18,885 bases of DNA from Candidatus Calditenuaceae archaeon HR02 (GTDB lineage Archaea; Thermoproteota; Nitrososphaeria_A; Caldarchaeales; Calditenuaceae). The translations under genes and the position numbers were made by a program. The stretch is from assembly GCA_002898395.1 (NCBI GenBank), contig BEHE01000025.1, forward strand, positions 1 through 18,885. The letters are read 5' to 3'. Under the pieces are notes generated by a model that searched no databases, was not told the origin of the DNA, and saw only the letters and a program-made list of their open reading frames with translations. Within the stretch, counting starts at the first letter, position 1. Each line of letters opens with the position of its first letter. Positions 1 through 7,747 of the stretch are shown here, piece by piece.

Positions 1-294
1 CACGTCAATTGCAGACCAAATGAAGCATCTCTGTCCTTTCAAGCTGATCACGGTCTCGTCCACAGCCACAATCCTCCTGGACTTCCTCGAAGGATTGAAG
101 AGGTATGATACCTCATGGACCCATTCCCTAACGCTCTCCCTAGATGCATTGACTAGGGAATACCTCTCAGAGATGCCCCTCAAGCTTAGACCTGCTAGAT
201 AGAGGATTACAGCATACGCCTTCTCCAATGGAGAATAGTTGTGGAACCTGAACAGGGAAGAGATCCTTCCGATCAGGTAATCCAAGACGTGCAC
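1..294 (-). CDS. IS6-family-like DDE transposase, N-terminal part (gene continues beyond the left window edge)
   Basis: This is a hand translation and is not a single ORF in the supplied track. The minus strand from GTG at 294-292 reads VHVLDYLIGRISSLFRFHNYSPLEKAYAVILYLAGLSLRGISERYSLVNASRESVREWVHEVSYLFNPSRKSRRIVAVDETVISLKGQRCFIWSAIDV and stays open to position 1. It has an HTH-like segment followed by the VDET...G....W.AID first-Asp region typical of IS6/IS26-type transposases. It is collinear with the second copy at 3318-3985. Confidence 0.55.
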   Translation of the reverse strand, partial: MHVLDYLIGRISSLFRFHNYSPLEKAYAVILYLAGLSLRGISERYSLVNASRESVREWVHEVSYLFNPSRKSRRIVAVDETVISLKGQRCFIWSAIDV

Positions 295-361
295 GAAGGA
301 TATTGAACGAGCAAGGCCATAGGCACTTCTCAGAAAAGCTTAAGTAAAAGTTGACAGTGCC
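1..361 (-). mobile_element. Partial IS6-like insertion sequence (transposase-proximal end)
   Basis: Positions 348-361, aagttgacagtgcc, reverse-complement to GGCACTGTCAACTT. Its first 8 nt equal the IS26 terminal repeat start GGCACTGT as I recall it. It lies 67 nt upstream of the transposase start, which is the usual IS6 geometry. Confidence 0.45.
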
Positions 362-450
362 TCCGCTCTCCGTGAGCACTATGCCAGCTACGCCACCAGG
401 CCCCACAATCACGCTCCCGCGCTCTAGGCGCAGTAGAAAAGACGTGCTAG

Positions 451-1363
451 TTATTGGGCCTGAGCACGATTCATGAATGGTTTCTTATCTCTTAGCATCG
501 CGTAGCAGCACCTCAGCAGCCTCCTGGCTAGAGCTACTGTTGCTACCCTCTCCTCTCTCCTGCCCGCTATCCTGTGATAAGCCCTAGTGAAGTGCGTGTC
601 GTACCTCCTGTGTACGTGTGCAACCTCGACCATTATCCACCTAAGCCACCTAGAGCCCTCCCTAGTTATGCTCCCCCTCCTCACCCCACCACCACTACTC
701 CTCTCAGAGGGGACTAGACCAGCGTAGCTGCATAGATGACCAGCGTCAGGGAACCTAGAGACGTCACCAATCCCGGCCTTTATCATCAATGCCGAGTACA
801 ATCCAACGCCTGGTATAGTCATGAGAAGCCTAACTTCCTCATCGCTAGAGTATTTGTCTAGCTCCCTAGACACAAGACCTATCTCCTGATTCAGGCTCTT
901 TAATACCCTTAGGTACTGGTCTATAGAGGATATGCCCTCCTCCTAACAAGCTCCCTAACCCTAGCTATCTCTCCCTCGGGTATGTAAGACATGGGCAAGG
1001 CCCCAAGCCTAGCAAGCTCAGCTAAACATTTAGAATCGCTCCTATCGCTCTTAAGCCTGTTCTCAGCGATCAACCTAGTCTTCCTTGGATGGGCAACCAT
1101 TACGTTCAAACCCATACCCCTAAGCCTACTGTACATAGGATACACGTAGCTAGAAGACTCCACAGCGACTAGAGAGACGTTTCTGCTAGAAAGGAAAGAG
1201 TAGACCTCATCCTAGGCATCCTCCTAGACTCCACCACATTACCAAGCCAGTCAACCAACGTAGCGTCGCAGCATCTCTTATGAACGTCTAAACCGCAGAC
1301 TAAACCGCTCATAGCATGCCCTGAGCGAACCTTAGAATTAAGCCTAACCCCACATCGCATCAC
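451..1363 (-). pseudogene. IS110-family transposase, disrupted (three reading frames)
   Basis: ORF 1169-1363 carries the N-terminal GLDVHK motif. ORF 921-1163 carries the rest of the DEDD domain (SDRSDSKCLAELARLGAL). ORF 451-873 carries the C-terminal Transposase_20-like domain (LLMTIPGVGLYSALMIKAGIGDVSRFPDAGHLCSYAGLVPSERSSGG). The three pieces are collinear but in different frames, so there are at least two frameshifts. Confidence 0.8.
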
Positions 1364-1411
1364 GCTCTTAGCAGTATAACCCTTATTAAGTTCTAGGCGC
1401 GTTGATTAGTT

Positions 1412-1621
1412 ATGGCTGGTCCTGTATCTTTATCTCGTGAGTTGCTGAGAGAGTTGCGAGAGCATATTGATAGGGTTGAGGAGATACTCGCTACGTTAGA
1501 GGAGATGGCTGATGGCGAGGGGTTGGAGCGTATAAAGAAGGCTACGGAGGAGTATCGCCGTGGGGAGATAGTATCGGCTGAAAGTCCAGAGGACATACGT
1601 AAGTTATTAAGGAGAGAGTAG
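1412..1621 (+). CDS. Putative antitoxin partner of the downstream RelE-like toxin
   Basis: A 69-aa acidic helical protein whose stop lies 7 nt before the toxin start. This is the classic antitoxin-first bicistron. No strong family motif was recognised. Confidence 0.55.
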   Translation: MAGPVSLSRELLRELREHIDRVEEILATLEEMADGEGLERIKKATEEYRRGEIVSAESPEDIRKLLRRE

Positions 1622-1628
1622 CCCTGCT

Positions 1629-1883
1629 TTGACTTATAAGGCTCTATTTACTAGGTCGTTTCTTAGAGAGTATAGGAAACTTCCTCAGGAAGTTAAGCAG
1701 CGTATTGAGGAGGAGATACTAGAGATTGTGAAAAGACCATACTCCGGGACGAAGCTTAGGGGCGAATTAACAGGCTACTACAGATGGAAGGTTGGAGACT
1801 ACAGAATAATCTATATGATAGACGAGAAAAACCGACACGTAGTATTCGTAGATGTGGGAATAAGAAGAGCAATATATGACTAG
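1629..1883 (+). CDS. RelE/ParE-superfamily toxin (mRNA interferase-like)
   Basis: An 84-aa protein with the RelE/StbE-like pattern F.REYRKLP...K.RI......I...P..G..L.G.L.GYYR.KVGDYRIIY.ID......V.V..VG.R..IY. It uses a TTG start. Confidence 0.8.
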   Translation: MTYKALFTRSFLREYRKLPQEVKQRIEEEILEIVKRPYSGTKLRGELTGYYRWKVGDYRIIYMIDEKNRHVVFVDVGIRRAIYD

Positions 1884-1891
1884 CGGATAGT

Positions 1892-1910
1892 GGAGCGTGT
1901 CGAAAAATTC
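1892..1910. repeat. Left terminal inverted repeat GGAGCGTGTCGAAAAATTC
   Basis: Its reverse complement, GAATTTTTCGACACGCTCC, matches 2757-2775 (GAATTTTTAGACACGCTCC) at 18 of 19 positions. Confidence 0.85.
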
Positions 1911-1940
1911 TTGACCTAATAAGTCTTTCGCTGTAGTGGG

Positions 1941-2780
1941 ATGCGGTTACTTTCTATGTGGTCTGCTGAGGTTGAGGACCTTGGTGAGCTTATATCAATA
2001 GTGTTGGAGGTCTCTTCTAGGTATGTTGGGCTGGTGGTTAAGTCTAGGGGGAGGAGGCCTTCTAGGGAGTATTTAGCTATAGTAGTTGTTAAGGAGGGGG
2101 TTAAGTGGTCTCTTAGGTTTGCGGAGGAGGAGTTGTCTTACAGGCTCTTCGGTGAGAGGGTTGATCATAGTGTTATACATTATTGGGAGGCTAGGCTTAG
2201 GGAGGCTGGTGTCCTAGAGGCTATACTGGAGGAGATAGGCAGAATTGTTGAGTCGAAGCTCTCGTACAGATACTCGGTACTAGACTGGACTGAGGTACCT
2301 ACTTGGTCTAAGGGAAGCGTTATGCTCCATGTAACGGCTAGGATATCTGAAGATACGGTGTATCCTGTTGGGGCATATGTTAGCTATGGCGGTGAGTCTG
2401 TGGCTGAGGAGGTTTTGAACGCCCTGCCCCCGGGGAGGAGGCTCCTCATGATGGACGGATACTATGACGCTGAGGATGCTATTGGGATAGCCTTCGAGAG
2501 GGGATATATCCCATTAGTCAAACCGAACACTAGGAGGGACAGGGGATACTATAGGAGGAAGTCTAGGAAGGTATTCGGAGTACTAGCCGATAACTATAGG
2601 TATAGGCCTAGGGGAGAGTCTACATTCGGATCAATAATAAACGAGTTCGGAGACAGAATAAAGACAAGGAGATACGATACAACAGCAACCAGAATAATAG
2701 CCAGACTCATAGCACACGCAGCAAAGATACTAATAAGGATAAGGAAGGTTATAACGGAATTTTTAGACACGCTCCTCTAG
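1941..2780 (+). CDS. DDE transposase (IS5/IS4-like)
   Basis: A 279-aa protein. Candidate DDE triad contexts are SVLDWTEV, LLMMDGYYDAEDAIGIAFERGYIP (the ADKGYDS-like second Asp), and YRYRPRGESTFGSIINEFG (the Y..R..vE..F..lK-like Glu region). Confidence 0.7.
   Translation: MRLLSMWSAEVEDLGELISIVLEVSSRYVGLVVKSRGRRPSREYLAIVVVKEGVKWSLRFAEEELSYRLFGERVDHSVIHYWEARLREAGVLEAILEEIGRIVESKLSYRYSVLDWTEVPTWSKGSVMLHVTARISEDTVYPVGAYVSYGGESVAEEVLNALPPGRRLLMMDGYYDAEDAIGIAFERGYIPLVKPNTRRDRGYYRRKSRKVFGVLADNYRYRPRGESTFGSIINEFGDRIKTRRYDTTATRIIARLIAHAAKILIRIRKVITEFLDTLL
2757..2775. repeat. Right terminal inverted repeat of the same IS
   Basis: See 1892-1910. This repeat lies inside the last codons of the transposase ORF. 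Confidence 0.85.
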
Positions 2781-2921
2781 AGAAATATTGGCATTAGTCG
2801 CCGAGAGTGCGGATTGCTGGTTACTCTTAGAGAGGCTGTAAGATTCTTTTTCATATCTAAGGATAGAAAAGATGTTATAACAAATTCATCGTTCTCTTAT
2901 ATTAGCTGATAACGCAGGAGA

Positions 2922-3245
2922 TTACTGCTTAGACGCTTGTGCTTCTACTAGTTTTGCTAGGGCCTGCCAGAGAGGAGCCATGTCACGCCTAAACCCAGCT
3001 ATCTCCTGAACGATCTCTGCAATCCTCTTTTCTAATGATTCGAATCTCTTATCCAGAGAATCCAATCTTGCTTCAATTCTACCTAATCTAGAGTTCATGT
3101 CGTACAGCAATATGAGCGAAGCCTCCTGGACGGTCAGCCTCCTCTTAGCGGCCTTCTCTAAGATAGCTCCTAAAACCGGCTTAATAAGGGTCTCAACCGC
3201 CACATCAACAGCCTTTTCAACCAAGCTTTCACGTATGAACAGCAT
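2922..3245 (-). CDS. Hypothetical coiled-coil protein
   Basis: A 107-aa ORF with heptad-like repeats (RLGRIEARLDSLDKRFESLEKRIAEIVQEI). A TATA-like ttttataag sits on the minus strand about 25-30 nt upstream of the ATG. Function unknown. Confidence 0.5.
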   Translation of the reverse strand: MLFIRESLVEKAVDVAVETLIKPVLGAILEKAAKRRLTVQEASLILLYDMNSRLGRIEARLDSLDKRFESLEKRIAEIVQEIAGFRRDMAPLWQALAKLVEAQASKQ

Positions 3246-3281
3246 TGAAGGACATACATAAATCTATCTTATAAAACAGAA

Positions 3282-3997
3282 GGATCTGTTAAGTTGTTAT
3301 TACTCAATCTTGATCTCTCATACTAGTCTTTTTAGTGTGTTTTTTACCCATTCTTCTTGGAATAGTATTGTTAGCTTCATCCAGCTCCATACGTGTTCTA
3401 GCACGCAGTTCTTCCTCCTACACGGAAAATAGCTATCAAATACCCTAGTCATGTCCTTTATCCTTGTGCAGATTACGCTCTCTATCACCTCGTGCATCCA
3501 GCTACCGAATCTGTATACCCTATGTTCTAGGTCTAGGCTCTTACATGCAGCCAAGTAATGACTCCCACCATCAGCATATACTTGGTGCCTCCCAAACCTC
3601 CTGACAAGCTCCCCTAGGAAATCCTCCACTACCAGCTGATTTCTAGTACGGGAGAGCCACATACCCAGTATCCTCCTGCTATGAAGAACCAAGCACTAGA
3701 ACCACCCAACCTAACCTCACTATCATCTATCACGAATAGTGATACCCTACATCTAGATGCGTAGACATTCCTGAAGCCCCATAGCCTCTTCTCCCAAAGC
3801 CAGACAGCAACATAACTCACAAAGATGAAAGGCTCTAAAGCCTTAGCGACCTTCCTAAGGCTGTTACCCAGATACCTGAGGTATAATGCATAGAGGACGA
3901 CAGGCACCAGAGTCCTAAAGACCATCAAGAAAACCCATAAACAAAGAACAAGAAAACCAGGCCATAAACAAAACAATAAAACCAACTTAACAGACCC
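3282..3997 (-). mobile_element. IS6-like insertion sequence (716 bp) with a frameshifted transposase
   Basis: The terminal inverted repeats are GGATCTGTTAAGTTG (3282-3296) and the reverse complement of 3983-3997, GGGTCTGTTAAGTTG (14/15 match). The GG..CTGTT start resembles IS6/IS26 ends. Confidence 0.6.
3318..3985 (-). pseudogene. IS6-family-like DDE transposase, one frameshift
   Basis: ORF 3629-3985 holds the HTH region and first Asp (LFVIDDSEVRLGG). ORF 3318-3692 holds the second Asp (VYADGGSHY) and the Glu region (HEVIESVICTRIKD). The two ORFs overlap in different frames. The likely true start is MVFRT at 3925, because the upstream residues translate a GT-rich non-coding end. Confidence 0.65.
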
Positions 3998-4069
3998 GGA
4001 GCTATCAATGCTAAAACTAATTATTAATTATCTTTATCGAGATACCTGCCTGCTATTAAGCTGAGATGA

Positions 4070-4745
4070 GTGGTGCTTGCAGCTGCTGCGGGTTTTTGTC
4101 GGCTATCGCTATTGGATTGCCAGTATAATAGCCCTAATATTCCAGACCTCTGGTGCGCGGAGCATGGTGGTAGGTCGTCTATAAGGTTTTGGCCCAACTG
4201 CAATTGTTATAATGCTTTTCAGTGGGAGTCCGCTGACGGATTCAGATATAGCGTTAGTCTCGTCTCTCCCACATGTTGGGTCTGTTATCCCTATGGTATC
4301 CACCTCTGTGTACACCAGCAGGTCAGGGCATGATGTTGAAATAACACTCATCGGCGTGGAGGCTTCGCTTTTACCTAAGCTGCTCGGCGAGCTTAAAATG
4401 ATAGACGGCCAGTTATACCCAGACATTCTGTCTCCTGTTGGTTAAGCTGGATACTAGATAGCCTCTAGTTGTGGAGTAGAGATTCCAATAATTCTCCCGT
4501 AGAATCCAGCTAGTCATTAGTGGCGTGCTTGATAGGTGTGGGACATCGACGTTCATCTAAATCGACAACGTCGTCTTCATACCTATAGATGCTTTAAAAG
4601 CATTAACGAATATGAGAAACTATAATCTAATACTGGCGAGGGCCGACAGCATAGAGAAGGTTCAGAGTATCGTTGATCAGTTAACTACAATACACGGTGA
4701 AAGAACCAGAGTGATAGCTTTGCAGAGCCTCACCAAAGCTATTTA
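4070..4745 (+). pseudogene. Decayed MacB/FtsX-type ABC permease (N-terminal TM and periplasmic-domain remnants, C-terminal FtsX domain missing)
   Basis: One frame reads ...IASIIALIFQTSGARSMVVGRL*GFGPTAIVIMLFSGSPLTDSDIALVSSLPHVGSVIPMVSTSV...VEITLIGVEAS..., with an in-frame TAA at 4182-4184. Later fragments (ISGVLDRCGTSTFI, IDNVVFIPIDALKALTNMRNYNLILARADSIEKVQSIVDQL) lie in other frames. The pattern matches the MacB periplasmic core domain. Confidence 0.55.
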
Positions 4746-4806
4746 GATTAGATATTTATGAACAAAATGTTCATCATGCTTTTTAGCACCTCGCCCGCTG
4801 TTTTAA

Positions 4807-5340
4807 TTGAAGGTGGATGGAAGTATGAGGAGAGCAATCTTAATCCCGGTGGTTGGTGCTGTTTCGTTGATGGCCGCTTTGGTGGTGGTATTCTTTACTG
4901 GGGTAGCGGCGCAGTCAACTGCATCGTACATACCAGTGCATGGTGGTTTTTGGTGGAGGCATGGATGGAGGTGGTGGAATGCCACTGTGGAAACTACTGA
5001 GGTATCTCGCTCGGGTCAGATTGTAGACGCACAGGGTTGGGCGATAGTCTTAGCCAGTGGCCAAGAGAGCTACGAACTTAAGGTTCCCGTGCTAGTAGAT
5101 TCTAATGGAAATATGATGAGCCTAACCAAGGTCTTCTTCGAAGACTTGATTAGGAAGAACGACCGCCTGGAAATATCGGCAACTAAAGTAACCGTAACTA
5201 GGTCTGATGGCACCTCCTATAGCTTGTACATCCTAAGGTCGTTGCGGGACTCAGATACGGGATTCGAGGTCTGGGTGCCTAATTACCGCCTGCCTCCGCA
5301 AGGCAGCGCCACAGGGACATCTGGTGGACAATCAGCTTAA
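4807..5340 (+). CDS. Hypothetical membrane-anchored or secreted protein
   Basis: A 177-aa ORF. The likely start is MRRAILIP at 4825. It has an N-terminal hydrophobic anchor, a Trp-rich segment (GGFWWRHGWRWW), and a Gly/Ser-rich tail. No family was recognised. Confidence 0.5.
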   Translation: MKVDGSMRRAILIPVVGAVSLMAALVVVFFTGVAAQSTASYIPVHGGFWWRHGWRWWNATVETTEVSRSGQIVDAQGWAIVLASGQESYELKVPVLVDSNGNMMSLTKVFFEDLIRKNDRLEISATKVTVTRSDGTSYSLYILRSLRDSDTGFEVWVPNYRLPPQGSATGTSGGQSA

Positions 5341-5428
5341 AATCACGACATCCCTTCATTTTTATAGGTAATAGCCCACTATAGGGTTTTCTTATTAGTC
5401 CTTAGGCTGGATATTTATATAGAGGCAG

Positions 5429-5779
5429 TTGCTCTTGTCTTCTCCTTCCTCACATTTCTACGCTCTTTCACCATCTATCTCAAGTTCCGCTCTAGTAGCT
5501 ATCCTTTTCCTAGGAAGCGGCTTTCTCATAATGTCCGTGGCCACGTTTACTAGAGTTGTATCAGTCTCCCTAATGCTGATAAGCCGCAACATCGCACAAT
5601 CTTTCCTATTCCTTTTTTGGGTTGAAAGTATCTACCCGGCATTGAGGATAATAGCATACTTGGTCTTGATAGCTTCATATGTTTACTCGGCCTTTACAGG
5701 GAGAGAGGCAAGTGACTTAGCGGTGATATCCCCTCCCCTATTTCTCGTATATAACCCGCCGTTCGAACTCATATCCTAG
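5429..5779 (+). CDS. Hypothetical polytopic membrane protein (possibly part of a decayed gene)
   Basis: A hydrophobic 116-aa ORF, possibly starting at the internal ATG at 5531. More membrane-like coding capacity follows in another frame. Confidence 0.35.
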   Translation: MLLSSPSSHFYALSPSISSSALVAILFLGSGFLIMSVATFTRVVSVSLMLISRNIAQSFLFLFWVESIYPALRIIAYLVLIASYVYSAFTGREASDLAVISPPLFLVYNPPFELIS

Positions 5780-5853
5780 ATACTAGTGATTATTTGATTA
5801 TTCTAGCTATATTCAGCGGGTAAAATTTCGTCTCCACAAAAGCACCAGCCAGC

Positions 5854-6009
5854 ATGCAAGTTTTCATGGGATTTACATTCCTAGCCGTCAGCCATCTCTT
5901 CTTCCTTACCACTATCATAGATTCGGTAAACTATCTACTCGGGCATGTCTTCCAACTCACGGCTCTTACCATGCTGTTATCAGCCACTATAACCGCTGGG
6001 GGGAAATGA
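5854..6009 (+). CDS. Small hydrophobic ORF coupled to the downstream winged-helix gene
   Basis: Hand-translated as MQVFMGFTFLAVSHLFFLTTIIDSVNYLLGHVFQLTALTMLLSATITAGGK. Its TGA overlaps the next ATG (ATGA at 6006-6009). An in-frame TAA at 5821-5823 separates it from further upstream hydrophobic coding sequence. Confidence 0.3.
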   Translation: MQVFMGFTFLAVSHLFFLTTIIDSVNYLLGHVFQLTALTMLLSATITAGGK

Positions 6010-6276
6010 AGCGGCGTGAATACCGTTCGAGAATACTGATAATACGGGATATCCTTAACTCTATATCCACCAATAGCCCAGCTAGAATATCAACCATAGT
6101 CCGGGACGCTAATATCCCCTATGATAGACTAGTTAAGATTCTCGAGTCCATGAAGCAGAACAGCCTTGGTTGACACGGTTGAAGATGCTTATGTATTAAC
6201 AGAGCGGGGAGAGCATCTGCTTGAGGAGATAAACTATATAGAGAAACTAGCGAAGGCATTCGGAATAAGAATATAG
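6006..6276 (+). pseudogene. Small winged-helix transcriptional regulator (archaeal COG3432-like), single +1 frameshift
   Basis: Hand translation gives MKRREYRSRILIIRDILNSISTNSPARISTIVRDANIPYDRLVKILESMKQNSLG*. From 6169 in the next frame it continues VDTVEDAYVLTERGEHLLEEINYIEKLAKAFGIRI*. An extra G around 6168-6169 breaks an otherwise typical wHTH. Confidence 0.5.
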
Positions 6277-6389
6277 CACGTTATTCAGAAAGCCTCTAAG
6301 ACTGTTCATAGACCGCGTCTATTGCTGGCCTGCGCTTCACAATTTGTGCATAATATTTAATTACTTCAGTTTTTCGATTTTAACGCTAG

Positions 6390-6890
6390 GTGGGCTATGC
6401 TATGCGAATTATGTGGCCAGTAATAGGTGTTATAATCGCGGCTGTTATAGCATCAGCTGCGTTCTTCATAGGTATTCAACAGACAGGGCCGCCTGCGTCT
6501 CAGGGAACAACTGCCACTGCTGAGACGCGAACAACAGCGCCCCCTACCAGCCGCGGTGTGGTATCGCTAACGTTATATCTTAACGACTATGGCTATAACG
6601 CATCTAAGGGGGGCCCGACGATAACAGCTTACGTCGGTGATTTAATTAGGATAAGATTGGTTGGCAACGGCTCTGGGCCTATAAGGCATGATTTCACGCT
6701 TGATAGGGAGAGTCCCTCACCCTATGATATCCAGTCGGATAGGCTGCGTAACGGGGAGGAGCAGGTTATAGAGTTCGTAGCCAACCATGAGGGCGAGTAT
6801 AAGTATTACTGTAGCGTCAAACCACCCTTCGGACAGAGCCATAGAGAACGGGGGCAAGAAGGAACAATAATCATTCTTCCAAGGAGCTGA
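6390..6890 (+). CDS. Membrane-anchored type-1 copper (cupredoxin) protein
   Basis: It has an N-terminal TM helix, a Thr/Pro-rich linker, and a cupredoxin ligand pattern: H100 (RHDF), C141 (YKYYC), H151, then GQEGTIIIL where plastocyanin-type proteins have GMxG. Confidence 0.7.
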   Translation: MGYAMRIMWPVIGVIIAAVIASAAFFIGIQQTGPPASQGTTATAETRTTAPPTSRGVVSLTLYLNDYGYNASKGGPTITAYVGDLIRIRLVGNGSGPIRHDFTLDRESPSPYDIQSDRLRNGEEQVIEFVANHEGEYKYYCSVKPPFGQSHRERGQEGTIIILPRS

Positions 6891-6893
6891 GCC

Positions 6894-7265
6894 TTGAGGC
6901 ATATATTATTAGTAGTCTCTCTTCTCGCATCGATTCTTTTCGGAATAGTGCTGTTAACTACTGATGCTGAGCTATGGGATAACGCGCCGTCGCATGCCTA
7001 TGGGTTAATAGGCTTGGTGCTGGTGGATGTCGTCCTTATCATCATATCCCAAAGGAGTAAAAATGGCTTCTTGAAACATGTTAGATATATAGGAGTTGTT
7101 AAGTTTCTCATCATTCTGGGGGACATACTGACGGCCCCTGAGTTTGGAATAACCTACTTAGAGTTCGCGGAGTATCTGCTGAGCCTCTGGGCATATGATG
7201 GGCTTCTCGGAAGCCAGCTGGCTATAGCATTGTCCTCGCATTACCATCTGAGAAGACTATCATGA
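6894..7265 (+). CDS. Hypothetical membrane protein, coupled to the cupredoxin gene
   Basis: A 123-aa ORF with 3-4 hydrophobic helices. Its TTG start lies 4 nt after the cupredoxin stop. Confidence 0.5.
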   Translation: MRHILLVVSLLASILFGIVLLTTDAELWDNAPSHAYGLIGLVLVDVVLIIISQRSKNGFLKHVRYIGVVKFLIILGDILTAPEFGITYLEFAEYLLSLWAYDGLLGSQLAIALSSHYHLRRLS

Positions 7266-7329
7266 TCCTCACTAAGCTATATGAATAATCTTACCACGTA
7301 GAAGTGTGTGTAGCTTAATCTTGGAATGG

Positions 7330-7710
7330 CTATTTATTTGATTTATCTATTATTTGCTGCCTTGGCGTTATCCATTTGCTGCCCCATTTTCTGAGAGCCG
7401 TTAGCATTGGTTTAAGCTCCCTACCTTTCTGCGTCAGCTCATACTTGACTAGGAACGGGTTTGTGCTCACTATCTTCCTATCCACCACCCCCTCCTCTTG
7501 CAATGACTTTAACGCTCTGGATAAGGTCTTCGCATTCATCTGGGGGAAGGATCTAAGAAGCTCGTTAAAGCCTTTAGGCCCATCAAGTAGAAATCGTATA
7601 ACAACAAGCTTCCATATCGATCTAATCCTCATCAATGCCTCAACTATCGGACATACTTCACCTACTTGACATGACTCGCTGTTTTCTCTTACCTTTCGCT
7701 CCGATCCCAT
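7330..7710 (-). CDS. HxlR-family (MarR/DUF24-type) winged-helix transcriptional regulator
   Basis: The motif is CPIVEALMRIRSIWKLVVIRFLLDGPKGFNELLRS....NAKTLSRALKSLQEEGVVDRK......VKYELTQKGRELKPMLTALRKWG, which is the HxlR signature. Two N-terminal Cys residues are present (SCQVGEVCP). Confidence 0.85.
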   Translation of the reverse strand: MGSERKVRENSESCQVGEVCPIVEALMRIRSIWKLVVIRFLLDGPKGFNELLRSFPQMNAKTLSRALKSLQEEGVVDRKIVSTNPFLVKYELTQKGRELKPMLTALRKWGSKWITPRQQIIDKSNK

Positions 7711-7722
7711 GGCTAACTGACA

Positions 7723-7735
7723 TAAGTGCCACTTA
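7723..7735. promoter_or_regulatory. Perfect 6-1-6 palindrome TAAGTG-C-CACTTA, candidate operator
   Basis: Read directly from the sequence. It lies between the hxlR-type start (7710) and the shared AT-rich box. Confidence 0.35.
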
Positions 7736-7737
7736 CT

Positions 7738-7747
7738 AATTTATATA
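7738..7747. promoter_or_regulatory. AT-rich TATA-like box (AATTTATATA), possibly shared by the divergent promoters
   Basis: It is about 30 nt from the minus-strand ATG (7710) and about 29 nt from the plus-strand GTG (7776). This spacing fits archaeal leaderless or short-leader promoters. Confidence 0.35.

Larger units (their letters stand above)
1892..2775 (+). mobile_element. Compact (884 bp) IS5/IS4-superfamily-like insertion sequence
   Basis: 19-bp terminal inverted repeats (18/19 match) bracket a single DDE transposase ORF. Confidence 0.7.

Noticed and set aside
167-412. 81-aa minus-strand ORF, and the 20-202 plus-strand ORF
   Set aside because: Both overlap the better-supported IS6-like transposase frame and its upstream non-coding end, and neither has a recognisable motif.
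362-450. Possible IS110-family bridge/seek RNA in the non-coding flanks of the IS110-like transposase (also considered at 1364-1411)
   Set aside because: Both flanks are too short, about 90 nt downstream before the IS6-like end and about 50-100 nt upstream before the antitoxin gene. The transposase itself is frameshifted, and I could not identify any convincing stem-loop architecture by eye.
1393-1596. 67-aa ORF antisense to the antitoxin gene
   Set aside because: It lies entirely antisense to a gene with clear TA operon context, and its translation is low-complexity and Ser-rich.
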